From contig JAXHNH010000009.1 of assembly GCA_034520725.1 (NCBI GenBank), positions 7,252 to 71,251 on the forward strand: a stretch of DNA of 64,000 nt, in the 5' to 3' direction. The position numbers and the translations under genes were made by a program. This document shows, in pieces, positions 10,151-19,907 of the stretch. A model generated the notes under the pieces. The model did no database searches. It was not told where the DNA came from and saw only the letters and a program-made list of their open reading frames with translations. Positions within the stretch are counted from its first letter, which is position 1. Each line of letters starts with the position of its first letter. This stretch comes from Gracilimonas sp. (GTDB lineage: Bacteria > Bacteroidota > Rhodothermia > Balneolales > Balneolaceae).

Positions 10151-12253
10151 ATGAGTTTTCTAAATCCATTTTTTTTATTGGCATTGATAGCCGTGGGTCT
10201 GCCGCTGGTTATTCACCTCCTGAATCTTAGGAAGCCACAGAAAGTATCATTTTCTGCGCTGTCTTTCTTCCGTGAGTTAAAGAATACCACGATCAAGCGG
10301 ATCCGGATCAAACGATATTTGTTACTTTTTTTGCGTTTGGCAGCTATTGCCTGTTTCGCCTTTGTTTTAGCCCGTCCGTTTCTTCCTCCGGGCTACTCTT
10401 CTGGGAATGCCGTTCAGGCTCCTGCTCTAAACGGAATCCTGATAGATAATAGTATAAGCATGTCCAGAATTGGGAAGCAAGGACCGCTTTTTGATTTTGC
10501 AAAAGAGATCGTTGGGTCCATACAGAAATCAGCAAGAGATGATGACCGCTTCATTGTGCGCTTCACGAATGGGGATGAAGCATCCGGTAACATACTCAGC
10601 AGTACAAATGTCGATCGTTTGCTGGCAGACCAAGAAGTGTCTGAATCCGGTAATTTTATTCAGTCCCGTTTCCGGTTGTTATTGGAAGCCCTTGATAACG
10701 CACCATATCAAAATAAGAATCTGTTTGTAATCACTGATACACAGCGTTCACAAATAGAGCCACTGCAAGACCTGGAATTTGAAGACCTAACTATTACGGT
10801 GATCGATGTAGGGCAGGTCGATGTTCAAAACACCTATGTCAGTGAAATCAGCAGTTCAACAAGTATGATGGGAGCCGGTATTCCGTTCAACATTGAAGTT
10901 GAGTTGGTAAATGAGGGAAGGGTTAGCGCCATCAATCAATTCGTTACCATTGAATTTGAGGGGAGAAATGCAGGTCAATTCTCTGTCTCACTTGAACCGA
11001 ATGAACGAAAGACCTTTACCTTTGAAGTAAATGCTTCCCAAACGGGATCAGCAAACGGCAGGGTATTTATTGAAGGAGATGAGTTTCAGGCTGACAATAA
11101 CTATTATTTCACCGTTCAGATCCCTGAACAAAGAAGTCTTTTATTGATCCGAAATTCTGATCCCCGAAATAACCGCATCTCCTATACTACAACGATGCTG
11201 AAGGCGGCAGGTGAAAATGATGCTCAACTCAGTTATAACGAAATTGATTTGGATGAACTGGAAAGTGAAAACCTTTCAACCTATGATGCTGTCATCCTGG
11301 ATGGCTTGAATACAATTCCGGAGTATAGCTTTGAAATGCTGGAAGCATTTGTTCAAAATGGAGGAGGCCTTGTGTTCTTTCCCTCTGAGAATGGAGATCT
11401 GGTAAACTATAACTCCCTTTTTGAGGGATTCAATGCCGGGAGATTTGCCGGTATACTTGGTGATTATGCATCCTTTCGATCAGTTGCAGAGGCCAATGAG
11501 ATCCTTCAGGATCATCCGATATTTGAATCATTGTTCGAACAGGGTGAAAATGAAGAACTAAGGATCAATAGCCCCGCTATTTTTTATTATCTAAAATTCA
11601 TGAGTTCGCGAACCGGGGTCCATTTTGATCTCTTTTCCCTCAATAATGGTGACCCGCTCATTCATGAAAAACGATTTGGAGAAGGAGTACTTATCATAGC
11701 TTCGATTGGCAATGATCCGGGCTGGTCTAATTTTCCAGTTCAACCCGTCTATGCTCCATTCTACTACAGACTTCTTTTGTATGCGGCCTCTTCTGATCAG
11801 GGAGGATTTACCGGGCACACACTCGGACAGCCATTCAGCTGGGTTGGAAATATAAACGCCGATGAAGCCGTTATAGAAACAGATTCGGATCAGATACGAC
11901 CATCAGTCGATATTGTTCCTTCCGGAGTAAGACTACGATATCCTGCTGAGGAATGGGTTCCGGGTTGGATCACAATTATTGATGGTGCTAAGGAGGTTAC
12001 CCTATCAGTAAACACAGATAGATCAGAAAGTATTTTTAATACCGTAGGTGAGGATGATTTGGAAAACCTGATCGAAGGAGCTGACATTCTTTGGGTTGAA
12101 GCCGATGATGTAGATGGCAGTGAATTGCAGAACCGTATCGCCTCAACAGGATTTGGGCGAGAGATCTGGAGTTGGTTTATGATTGCGGGTTTGCTTTTTT
12201 TAATTGCCGAATCAGTGGTTTCAAGATGGTATAAGGCAGAGTCATTGGATTAG
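10151..12253 (+). CDS. BatA N-terminal and vWA domain-containing protein
   Basis: MSFLNPFFLLAL..LPLVIHLL N-terminus; LIDNSISM MIDAS-like motif; C-terminal TM (EIWSWF...ES). Confidence 0.8.
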   Translation: MSFLNPFFLLALIAVGLPLVIHLLNLRKPQKVSFSALSFFRELKNTTIKRIRIKRYLLLFLRLAAIACFAFVLARPFLPPGYSSGNAVQAPALNGILIDNSISMSRIGKQGPLFDFAKEIVGSIQKSARDDDRFIVRFTNGDEASGNILSSTNVDRLLADQEVSESGNFIQSRFRLLLEALDNAPYQNKNLFVITDTQRSQIEPLQDLEFEDLTITVIDVGQVDVQNTYVSEISSSTSMMGAGIPFNIEVELVNEGRVSAINQFVTIEFEGRNAGQFSVSLEPNERKTFTFEVNASQTGSANGRVFIEGDEFQADNNYYFTVQIPEQRSLLLIRNSDPRNNRISYTTTMLKAAGENDAQLSYNEIDLDELESENLSTYDAVILDGLNTIPEYSFEMLEAFVQNGGGLVFFPSENGDLVNYNSLFEGFNAGRFAGILGDYASFRSVAEANEILQDHPIFESLFEQGENEELRINSPAIFYYLKFMSSRTGVHFDLFSLNNGDPLIHEKRFGEGVLIIASIGNDPGWSNFPVQPVYAPFYYRLLLYAASSDQGGFTGHTLGQPFSWVGNINADEAVIETDSDQIRPSVDIVPSGVRLRYPAEEWVPGWITIIDGAKEVTLSVNTDRSESIFNTVGEDDLENLIEGADILWVEADDVDGSELQNRIASTGFGREIWSWFMIAGLLFLIAESVVSRWYKAESLD

Positions 12254-12254
12254 T

Positions 12255-12848
12255 ATGATGGAAATGAATGAAATGTTAAACATATTTTTCAGAGGTGTGA
12301 TCCTGTTCTTCACGGTTACTTCAACCTTAATGGCCGGTTATTCACTTCAGAATAAGTTAAGGTTGAGAAAAGTACGCCTAAGCTGGAGGTCCGGAAAACT
12401 GAATGGATACCCACTCTTTGCGACAGTATTTTTGGTGCTTATACTGACATTAGTGTCAATAATATTGTTAAATGACTATTCAACCCGTTATGGCATTCTA
12501 TTTGCATACATATGGATAGGATGCATGTGGTTCGTGTCAAGCTATTTAGCATCGAAATATTACATAACGGACTACGGCATCGTAAAAAATATTAATGACC
12601 CTTCTCAAACCATTCCATGGTTTCAGATACTGGATTATGTGGAACGAGATGGAAAGAAAGGAGTAGAATATTTGTTCAATTATTCGGAAATGGATAAAAG
12701 TTTAAGTGAAGGGTATCAGCAACTGAAGTTGTTAGTACCTTCCAAACGGCACGAAGCAGTCAAAAAAATTGTATCTTTGAAGTTGGAAAATAAGATAGAA
12801 GGACATTCCATTCCGGATATTGACCTCAAGAGAATTCAGGAAGAATAA
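12255..12848 (+). CDS. Hypothetical membrane protein
   Basis: Three TM segments then YYITDYGIVK; start moved to ATG at 12255 to avoid overlap. Confidence 0.6.
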   Translation: MMEMNEMLNIFFRGVILFFTVTSTLMAGYSLQNKLRLRKVRLSWRSGKLNGYPLFATVFLVLILTLVSIILLNDYSTRYGILFAYIWIGCMWFVSSYLASKYYITDYGIVKNINDPSQTIPWFQILDYVERDGKKGVEYLFNYSEMDKSLSEGYQQLKLLVPSKRHEAVKKIVSLKLENKIEGHSIPDIDLKRIQEE

Positions 12849-12861
12849 ATAGGTATCACAT

Positions 12862-14151
12862 TTGTTAGACGACGTAAAAAATTCAGATATAGAACGAGAA
12901 CGGGTTGCATTGGTAGGTCTATACGGGCCTGAAACAACCAGATTTCAGGCTGAGGAATATTTAGATGAGCTTGAGTTACTTGCCGATACAGCAGGCGGAA
13001 TCACTGTAGAAAAGATCCTGCAAAACAAGACGCATCCGGATCCATCCTCATATATAGGTAAAGGTAAACTCACAGAGCTAAAGAGGATCATGGGTGAGGA
13101 GAATATTGATACGGTCATATTTGACGATGATCTGTCACCTACCCAATTGAGAAATATTGAGCAAGTAACGGATTCAAAGGTTTTAGATCGGAGTTCGCTT
13201 ATTCTCGATATCTTTGCCTCAAGAGCCAAGACAGCGGCTGCTAAAACACAGGTTGAGCTGGCTCAATTGCAATATTTACTGCCAAGATTGACGAGATACT
13301 GGACTCACTTATCCCGTCAGAAAGGTGGAATTGGCACTAAAGGTCCCGGTGAAACTCAGATCGAGACTGACAGGCGCTTGATCGGAAGGCGTATTTCAGT
13401 ACTAAAGGACAAACTGGATAAACTGAGTAAACAGCGAACCACCCAGCGTAAAGGCCGGGAAGATATGACAAGGATCTCGCTGGTTGGGTATACTAATGCC
13501 GGTAAATCAACCCTGATGAATGCACTCACAGAAACGGGTGTGTTTGCAGAAGATCGTTTATTCGCAACTCTTGATTCTACGGTAAGGCGTCATGAGCTTG
13601 AAAACCATTCAGTGTTATTATCAGATACGGTAGGATTTATCCGAAAACTGCCACATAATCTGGTAGAAAGTTTTAAATCCACTCTGGATGAGGTTCGAGA
13701 GGCTGACATTCTGCTACATGTAGTTGATGCTTCTTCAAAAATGGCAGATGAATATATTGAAGTGGTTGAAGAAACACTTGAAGAAATTGAAGCAACCAAT
13801 AAGCGCACCATCCTGGTATTTAATAAAGTGGACAAAATGGATGCACATCATGTTGCAGATATGAAGCAGAGGTATCCAAATGCAATATTTGTATCAGCAG
13901 AACAGAGAATTGGGCTGAAAGAGCTGGAAAGAAGCATTGAAGATATGATAGAACTTGAATATGATAGCCACACACTTCAAATTCCGGTTTCAAAATACAA
14001 AGCAGTTGCTTTTATTCATGAGAAGGCGACAGTTGAAAACGAGTCATATGAAGGAACTGATGTAGAAATGACCTTCAGCATGTCCGAAAAAGATTTTAAG
14101 CAATTATCCCATTTGTTGGATACTATTGGGACAAACGGAGAAGTTGTATAA
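12862..14151 (+). CDS. hflX: GTPase HflX
   Basis: GIGTKGPGETQIETDRR, GYTNAGKST, LFATLD, DTVGFI, NKVD. Confidence 0.97.
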   Translation: MLDDVKNSDIERERVALVGLYGPETTRFQAEEYLDELELLADTAGGITVEKILQNKTHPDPSSYIGKGKLTELKRIMGEENIDTVIFDDDLSPTQLRNIEQVTDSKVLDRSSLILDIFASRAKTAAAKTQVELAQLQYLLPRLTRYWTHLSRQKGGIGTKGPGETQIETDRRLIGRRISVLKDKLDKLSKQRTTQRKGREDMTRISLVGYTNAGKSTLMNALTETGVFAEDRLFATLDSTVRRHELENHSVLLSDTVGFIRKLPHNLVESFKSTLDEVREADILLHVVDASSKMADEYIEVVEETLEEIEATNKRTILVFNKVDKMDAHHVADMKQRYPNAIFVSAEQRIGLKELERSIEDMIELEYDSHTLQIPVSKYKAVAFIHEKATVENESYEGTDVEMTFSMSEKDFKQLSHLLDTIGTNGEVV

Positions 14152-14153
14152 AT

Positions 14154-14819
14154 ATGCTAGTAAAAGAGATATTAAATACCGATATATCGCCACTTAGGCT
14201 CACAGATACCGTAGCAACAGCTTTAATGAAAATTGAGTTGCTGCACACAAATAAGTTCTGTGTGGTTGATGAAGAAGATAAAGTGGTTGGTATGGCTTCT
14301 TTTGAAAAGCTGATTGAGGTTGTAGATGAAAAATCTACACTCGAGGAGATTGAATTGGATAAACCGTTAACAGTTCCAAAAGATCAGCATTTATTTGAAG
14401 CATCCAGAGTTATGCTGGCAAAGGAGTTGTTTTTGATTCCCGTCGTGGATAGTGAAATGTATTTTCAGGGCATGATCAAAAAAAGAGACCTTTTAACGGC
14501 TCTTGGAGATGCTTTCAATCTTTCCAGTTATGGATCCGTTATCGCTATTGAAATAGATCAGGCTGATTTTACTCTAGCTGATCTTGTCAGGATCATTGAG
14601 ATGGAAGGTGCAAAGATCTTAGGTGTTGCCGTTCAGCAACCGAGTGCCGATAATCCATCCTATAGAGTTTCATTTAAGCTGAATATGGAAGATTCTTCAG
14701 CTATAAGCTCCAGTTTGCGCCGTTTTGGATATACAATTATTTCAGAAGCGAATAGCGAGGTGCTTGAAAATAATTTTTCTGACCGGGCGGATGAACTTAT
14801 TCGCTATCTTGACATATAA
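14154..14819 (+). CDS. CBS-domain protein (AcuB-like, C-terminal ACT-like)
   Basis: Paired CBS repeats; LADLVRIIEMEGAKILGV; LRRFGY. Confidence 0.8.
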   Translation: MLVKEILNTDISPLRLTDTVATALMKIELLHTNKFCVVDEEDKVVGMASFEKLIEVVDEKSTLEEIELDKPLTVPKDQHLFEASRVMLAKELFLIPVVDSEMYFQGMIKKRDLLTALGDAFNLSSYGSVIAIEIDQADFTLADLVRIIEMEGAKILGVAVQQPSADNPSYRVSFKLNMEDSSAISSSLRRFGYTIISEANSEVLENNFSDRADELIRYLDI

Positions 14820-14856
14820 GAAGTAACCATTAACCTATTTTAGTTAAACGAGTTTC

Positions 14857-17853
14857 ATGCTCTCCGTTCCAAAAAGCAGTTCCCTTACCTTTCTATGTAT
14901 TGTAATAATGACGGCCGGCTTAAGTGCTCAGGATATTCAAAGTCCTTCGTCTGACCTGTACCAAACAGGGGTTGATCTCTATGAAGAAGGATTTTTTGAA
15001 CAGGCTTCTGAAAAACTTGAACAATTTACCCTGAAATATCCCGAACATGAACTCACAGTGTCTGCGGATTACTTTTTAGCAAGGGCAAAAACAGGGATCG
15101 ATTCCGCAAATATCGAAACCTACTATCAGGAATTTGTTATAGAACACACCGGACATGAATTGTCTGAGAGGTTACTGAGAGATCTTGGTCATCGCTATAC
15201 AGATAAAGGCGAATACGAAACAGCCATTAGCTACTATCTAAATGCCGTTGACTCCTGGATGAGTAACAAAGACGGTGCCGAAACAATGTATTGGATCGCT
15301 GAAGCAGCGGCTGAAAATGGTGATTTCGAAGACTCCAGGGTATACTTTATGGACCTTGCCAATAATTACCCAAGGTCAGAATGGGCACCCAAAGCCTTGT
15401 ATGCGCGGGGCAGGCTATATCTCAGTCAGGAGCAGTATAATGCAGCTTCCCTTGCATTTGAAGTGCTTAAAGAACGATATCCCAATAATGAGATCACCCG
15501 GCGCGTAGGAACAGCTTTAGGTGAATCCTACTATCAGCAGGGGAAATATGAAGAAGCGATAGAAGCATTGCAGTCAGCTTTACCATATTTGGGTGATGAA
15601 TCTCTAAGCAAAGCAATTTTTCTGATCGCAGAGAGCCAAAATTATCTGGGAATGTACGATGAAGCTTCCAGAACGTATCTCAGATACATCAACCTAACAA
15701 AAGGTACACCAGAAGAACGAATTGCCCATTACGGTTTGGGTTGGATTTATCACAAACAGGAGATCTATCACTGGGCGGCTGAGTCATTCGGACGTGCTTC
15801 TGTTGGTGAAGATGAGTTAGCTAGAAAAGCTCAGTACTATAAAGCTGTGAATGAAAAACTGGGTGGACAATATGGAAAATCAATCAACTCATTCAGGGAT
15901 TTTGGAGACCGTTTTCAAGCCGGACTGTGGGTTGAGAAGGCCTATTATGAATGGTCGATCTCAGCTTTTGAAGCCTCCCGTTATGGGGAATCTATAGAGG
16001 TACTGCTTGATCTTGTAAGAAGTGATGTAGAACTGGAAGAAGCCGGTAAGGTTTATACCATGCTGGGGCAGGCCTTTTTTGCGAATGCGGAATATACCAG
16101 AGCTATTCAAGCCTTCGAAGAAGCCGAAAAAGTAGCTAATATCGATCCCGCATTAAAGAGACAAGCTACATTTCAAAAAGCCTGGATCCTATACAGAAAT
16201 CAAGCCTATGAGCAGGCTCAACCACTGTTTGAAAATGTTTATACGGGTTCCCCAAATTCAGAAACCGGCCGTGAAGCACTTTTCTGGAGTGCAGACAGCT
16301 ATTACAAAATGAATCAGTTTAATAATGCGGCTCAGCGCTTCAGGATCTATACGCAAAATTATCTGGAATCTGACATGATGGGTGCGGCTTTATATTCTCT
16401 GGGATGGAGCTATTTTCAGATGGGGCAATATGAGCAGGCGGTTCAGCCACTGAGAGACTTCCTTGAAAACTATGAAGCCCCGGAAACGGCACTCTTTCCA
16501 TATGATACAGATGTTCAGCTTCGAATCGGTGATGCCTACTATGCACTAGGCCGATACCGCGAGGCCATTGAAAGTTATAATCGCGCCATTGGTGCAGAAC
16601 CGGGTGGCGATTACGCTATGTTTCAGGTGGCCAACAGTTATTACCGTGCCGGCAGAACCTTTGAAGCGGTTTCAAACTTCAGAAAGACATTACGCATATA
16701 TCCATTCAGCCGATTGCGGGAGCAGGCACAATACAACATCGCCTATATCTACCTGAACACAAATAACTATTCGCAGGCAATTGAAGAATTCCAGACTGTG
16801 ATCAACAAATATCCCGGAACAGAGTGGGCAGCACGTTCACAGTACAATATAGGTGACGCCTATTACAATGCCGGAGAATATGAAAGTGCGATAACAGCTT
16901 ACCAAAAAGTATTAGATGAATACCCCAGAAGTGATTATATCATTGAGGCAATCGATGGAATTCAGTTCGCTCAGTTATCAGCCGGAAGAAGCGATAGCAG
17001 TTCGGCTATTCTTGAGGACTTCCTGAGTGATAATCCTGCAAGCCAGACGGCTGATCAGCTTCGCTACAGGCAGGCTTTGAATGTATTTCAGAGGGGTGAT
17101 TATGAAAACGCGATTAATGAATTTCGTCAGTATCTGAGGGTGACAAACTCAGAAGACCTAATGCCGGAAGCTTATTCAAATCTGGCAGAATCATATCGAC
17201 AAACCGGTCAGGTTGATCAGGCTATAGAAACTTATAGAACCATTGTGAATGAATTTCCTGAGCAGGAGATGGCTTCCTCTGCACTTACCTCATTGGGTAC
17301 GTTGAATTATGAAAAGGGAGCTTATGCTGAATCTCACGCCAACTATGCCGAATTATTTGAGAGTTCTCCACGATTCAGACAGGATGCTTTGGTCGGAATG
17401 GGCAGGGCTAGTCTTGCACGCGATCAGGTTGCCAAGGCCAAGGAAGAATTTGAATCAGCATTGGAGATAAATCCAAACAGCGAATCAGCTAAAGTTGGAT
17501 TGGGTAAAGTGGCGATTCAGCAAAATGATTTTGAAACGGCAACATCATATTTGCAGCCTATTGCTGAGCAAAGTACGACCGAAGTGGGAGCCGAGGCCCA
17601 GTTTTATTTAGGTGAGATCCTGCAGAAACAGGAACAGTACAATGCTGCCATCGAGGAATATGGAAAAGTAAAAGTTCTGTTTGAGGCCTTCGATACCTGG
17701 GTATCACGCTCTATGTACAACAGCGCTGAATGTCATCTCAGAATGGGTAACCGTGGGGAGGCAATGACTATACTGAATTCCCTTATTGATACCTACCCCG
17801 GAACTGAAGCTGAACGTAGAGCCCGAGCTCTATTAGATCAGGCTGACCTATGA
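14857..17853 (+). CDS. Secreted tetratricopeptide-repeat protein
   Basis: Signal peptide; many repeats such as A.Y.LG.SYY..G.Y..A. Confidence 0.85.
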   Translation: MLSVPKSSSLTFLCIVIMTAGLSAQDIQSPSSDLYQTGVDLYEEGFFEQASEKLEQFTLKYPEHELTVSADYFLARAKTGIDSANIETYYQEFVIEHTGHELSERLLRDLGHRYTDKGEYETAISYYLNAVDSWMSNKDGAETMYWIAEAAAENGDFEDSRVYFMDLANNYPRSEWAPKALYARGRLYLSQEQYNAASLAFEVLKERYPNNEITRRVGTALGESYYQQGKYEEAIEALQSALPYLGDESLSKAIFLIAESQNYLGMYDEASRTYLRYINLTKGTPEERIAHYGLGWIYHKQEIYHWAAESFGRASVGEDELARKAQYYKAVNEKLGGQYGKSINSFRDFGDRFQAGLWVEKAYYEWSISAFEASRYGESIEVLLDLVRSDVELEEAGKVYTMLGQAFFANAEYTRAIQAFEEAEKVANIDPALKRQATFQKAWILYRNQAYEQAQPLFENVYTGSPNSETGREALFWSADSYYKMNQFNNAAQRFRIYTQNYLESDMMGAALYSLGWSYFQMGQYEQAVQPLRDFLENYEAPETALFPYDTDVQLRIGDAYYALGRYREAIESYNRAIGAEPGGDYAMFQVANSYYRAGRTFEAVSNFRKTLRIYPFSRLREQAQYNIAYIYLNTNNYSQAIEEFQTVINKYPGTEWAARSQYNIGDAYYNAGEYESAITAYQKVLDEYPRSDYIIEAIDGIQFAQLSAGRSDSSSAILEDFLSDNPASQTADQLRYRQALNVFQRGDYENAINEFRQYLRVTNSEDLMPEAYSNLAESYRQTGQVDQAIETYRTIVNEFPEQEMASSALTSLGTLNYEKGAYAESHANYAELFESSPRFRQDALVGMGRASLARDQVAKAKEEFESALEINPNSESAKVGLGKVAIQQNDFETATSYLQPIAEQSTTEVGAEAQFYLGEILQKQEQYNAAIEEYGKVKVLFEAFDTWVSRSMYNSAECHLRMGNRGEAMTILNSLIDTYPGTEAERRARALLDQADL

Positions 17854-19139
17854 TCAGATCTGTTAGTGGAGTATCTTCATTAAAGGGTACACTGAAACTT
17901 CCCCCCGATAAATCGATATCACAGAGAGCAGCTATCTTTTCATTGTTGCATGAAGGCGAATCAAGGATAGGAAATTACTCAAAAGCTCAGGATCCGCAAA
18001 GTACACTTCGTTGTGTTCAGCAACTTGGAGCCAAAGTTAAAGAAGACTCAGGCAGTTTGATCATAGATGGCAAGGGAAGGGCCGGAATCCTTGAGCCAGT
18101 ACAGGATCTGAATTGTGGTAATTCAGGGACAGCCATGCGATTACTTTCAGGGGTTTTGGTGGGAGCCGGGATCTCTGCCAAATTAATTGGGGATGCCTCA
18201 CTATGTGGCAGGACCATGACCCGTATCATTGAGCCGCTTGAAGCCATGGGGGCTCATATACTGGCCCGAAATTTAGCGTTTGCTCCGCTGTTCATCAATC
18301 GGATCGAACCGCTGAAACCCATGGATTTTGAATTGCCGGTTCCAAGTGCACAGCTGAAATCGTGTATTTTATTAGCGGGTTTGTTTGGTGAAGAAATAAC
18401 CCGGGTCATCGAAACGCTTCCAAGCCGTGACCATACTGAGCGACTGCTAGGTTTGGATCAGAAACAAGAGAATGGCAGGAAGGTTATCTCCGCCAGCCTT
18501 GCTGATGAGATCCCGGAACAGAGCTACACCATTCCCGGTGACTTTTCTGCTGCCGCATTTTGGCTGGTGGCCGGAGCGATACAAATCGATGCCGAGATCC
18601 TGATCGAAAATGTTGGGTTAAATCCCACCCGAAATGCATTATTAGGTATTTTGGATGATATGGGAGCTGACATCACCATTGAAAATGAACAAATGGAAGG
18701 GGCTGAGCCGGTTGGTGATATTTTGGTGAAAGGATCAGACCTTAAATCTATCGAGCTTGATCCAAAGATCATCCCGAACTGCATTGATGAGTTGCCTATT
18801 TTGTCTGTTGCAATGTTGTTTGCGGAAGGAACATCGGTCATCTCCGGCGCAGGGGAACTTCGCCACAAAGAAACCGATCGCATCATGGCGATGTCCAAAA
18901 TGTTAGAAGCCGTTGGCGCCAACTTCGAAGAAAAGGAAGATGGCCTTATCATACACGGTGATCCAGAGTTTACTTTCAAGTCAGCTGAATTTGAATCCTT
19001 CCACGACCACCGCATAGCCATGGCTGCTGCTGTATTATCCCTGAAGGGGATAAAAGATAGCCGGATCAAAGATGCGGAATCTGCTGCAGTTTCCTACCCA
19101 ACCTTTTGGGAAGATCTTAAACAGTTAACAGGGGGATAA
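17850..19139 (+). CDS. aroA: 3-phosphoshikimate 1-carboxyvinyltransferase
   Basis: PPDKSISQRA, CGNSGTAMR, SAQLKS, PGDFSAA, ELRHKETDRI, DHRIAM, VSYPTF. Confidence 0.97.
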   Translation: MIRSVSGVSSLKGTLKLPPDKSISQRAAIFSLLHEGESRIGNYSKAQDPQSTLRCVQQLGAKVKEDSGSLIIDGKGRAGILEPVQDLNCGNSGTAMRLLSGVLVGAGISAKLIGDASLCGRTMTRIIEPLEAMGAHILARNLAFAPLFINRIEPLKPMDFELPVPSAQLKSCILLAGLFGEEITRVIETLPSRDHTERLLGLDQKQENGRKVISASLADEIPEQSYTIPGDFSAAAFWLVAGAIQIDAEILIENVGLNPTRNALLGILDDMGADITIENEQMEGAEPVGDILVKGSDLKSIELDPKIIPNCIDELPILSVAMLFAEGTSVISGAGELRHKETDRIMAMSKMLEAVGANFEEKEDGLIIHGDPEFTFKSAEFESFHDHRIAMAAAVLSLKGIKDSRIKDAESAAVSYPTFWEDLKQLTGG

Positions 19140-19182
19140 TTCCACAAGGACCTACGTGCAAACTCCCAACTATCTAAAACCC

Positions 19183-19220
19183 TTCTGAGTTCGGAATTCC
19201 TTGTTCTATATTCGTTATTC
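19183..19220. repeat. Period-7 array (TTCNNNN)x5-TTC
   Basis: TTC at 19183, 19190, 19197, 19204, 19211, 19218; reverse complement shares GAATATNGAACAAGGAAT with 50196-50213. Confidence 0.75.
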
Positions 19221-19230
19221 CTCCGGCTTC

Positions 19231-19295
19231 CTGACAATACGTCGGTCATTACGTCAGTATTGATATGCCCTTCTATAGTTGGCATTGGTATTGCT
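19231..19295 (+). promoter_or_regulatory. Putative sigma54 -24/-12 promoter with upstream tandem operator-like sites
   Basis: TGGCATTGGTATTGCT at 19280-19295 has exact TGGCA-N6-TTGC spacing; CTGAC-AATAC-GTCGG (19231-45) and CGGTC-ATTAC-GTCAG (19243-57) upstream. Confidence 0.6.
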
Positions 19296-19330
19296 TATCT
19301 AACAGTGAATATGAACAAACCATTACGCAC

Positions 19331-19765
19331 ATGGGAGATTTTACAGAATTTGGTATTGAAATTGAGCGGCACCTATCTAAGCTGGGAAAAGACATTCAGC
19401 AGTTTGTAGAGAAAGTGGTGCCTTTAGCCAATGAAGATAAAGATTTTGCCCCCGATTGCGATATCCTGGAAAGCGAAGATGAGTATAAGATCATGCTGGA
19501 TCTGCCCGGATTATCGAAAAAAGAAATCGGTATCTCTCTTAAGAACAATGTGCTGACGGCGAAAGGAGAACGAGAAATTGAAGCCGGCGACGGTGAAGAA
19601 TTTAAGCGACAGGAACGACGCCGCGGTGCATTTGCCCGTGCGTTTGCGGTTCCACAAAATGTGAACGCGGCTGAAGTGTCAGCCAGTTTCAGGAATGGCG
19701 TTTTGACCATTTCGATGCCAAAATCGGAGGCTTTGAAGGATTCGCAGTCCATTCCGGTTAAGTAG
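19331..19765 (+). CDS. Hsp20/alpha-crystallin small heat-shock protein
   Basis: PDCDILES, LDLPG, LTAKGER, RGAFARAF, NGVLTISMPK; start moved to ATG 19331 because the ORF-track start overlaps the promoter. Confidence 0.92.
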   Translation: MGDFTEFGIEIERHLSKLGKDIQQFVEKVVPLANEDKDFAPDCDILESEDEYKIMLDLPGLSKKEIGISLKNNVLTAKGEREIEAGDGEEFKRQERRRGAFARAFAVPQNVNAAEVSASFRNGVLTISMPKSEALKDSQSIPVK

Positions 19766-19785
19766 AGTTTACGAGCATTGACAAC

Positions 19786-19859
19786 CGCTACGACGCAGAG
19801 CGATCGTAGCGAGTTAAAAAAAATACTGATACTCGTGCCTGACGCTCTGCATCGGCACG
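19786..19859. repeat. Inverted pair of REP-like palindromes with GCAGAGCG core
   Basis: cgctacga-cgcagagcga-tcgtagcg (19786-19811) and cgtgcc-tgacgctctgcatc-ggcacg (19834-19859) in opposite orientation. Confidence 0.7.
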
Positions 19860-19907
19860 GAGAAAGAAAAGAATATTTATAACAATAAAAGCAAATAGAT
19901 CAGACCA

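Noticed and set aside
19140-19330. CIRCE/HrcA operator
   Set aside because: No TTAGCACTC-N9-GAGTGCTAA match.
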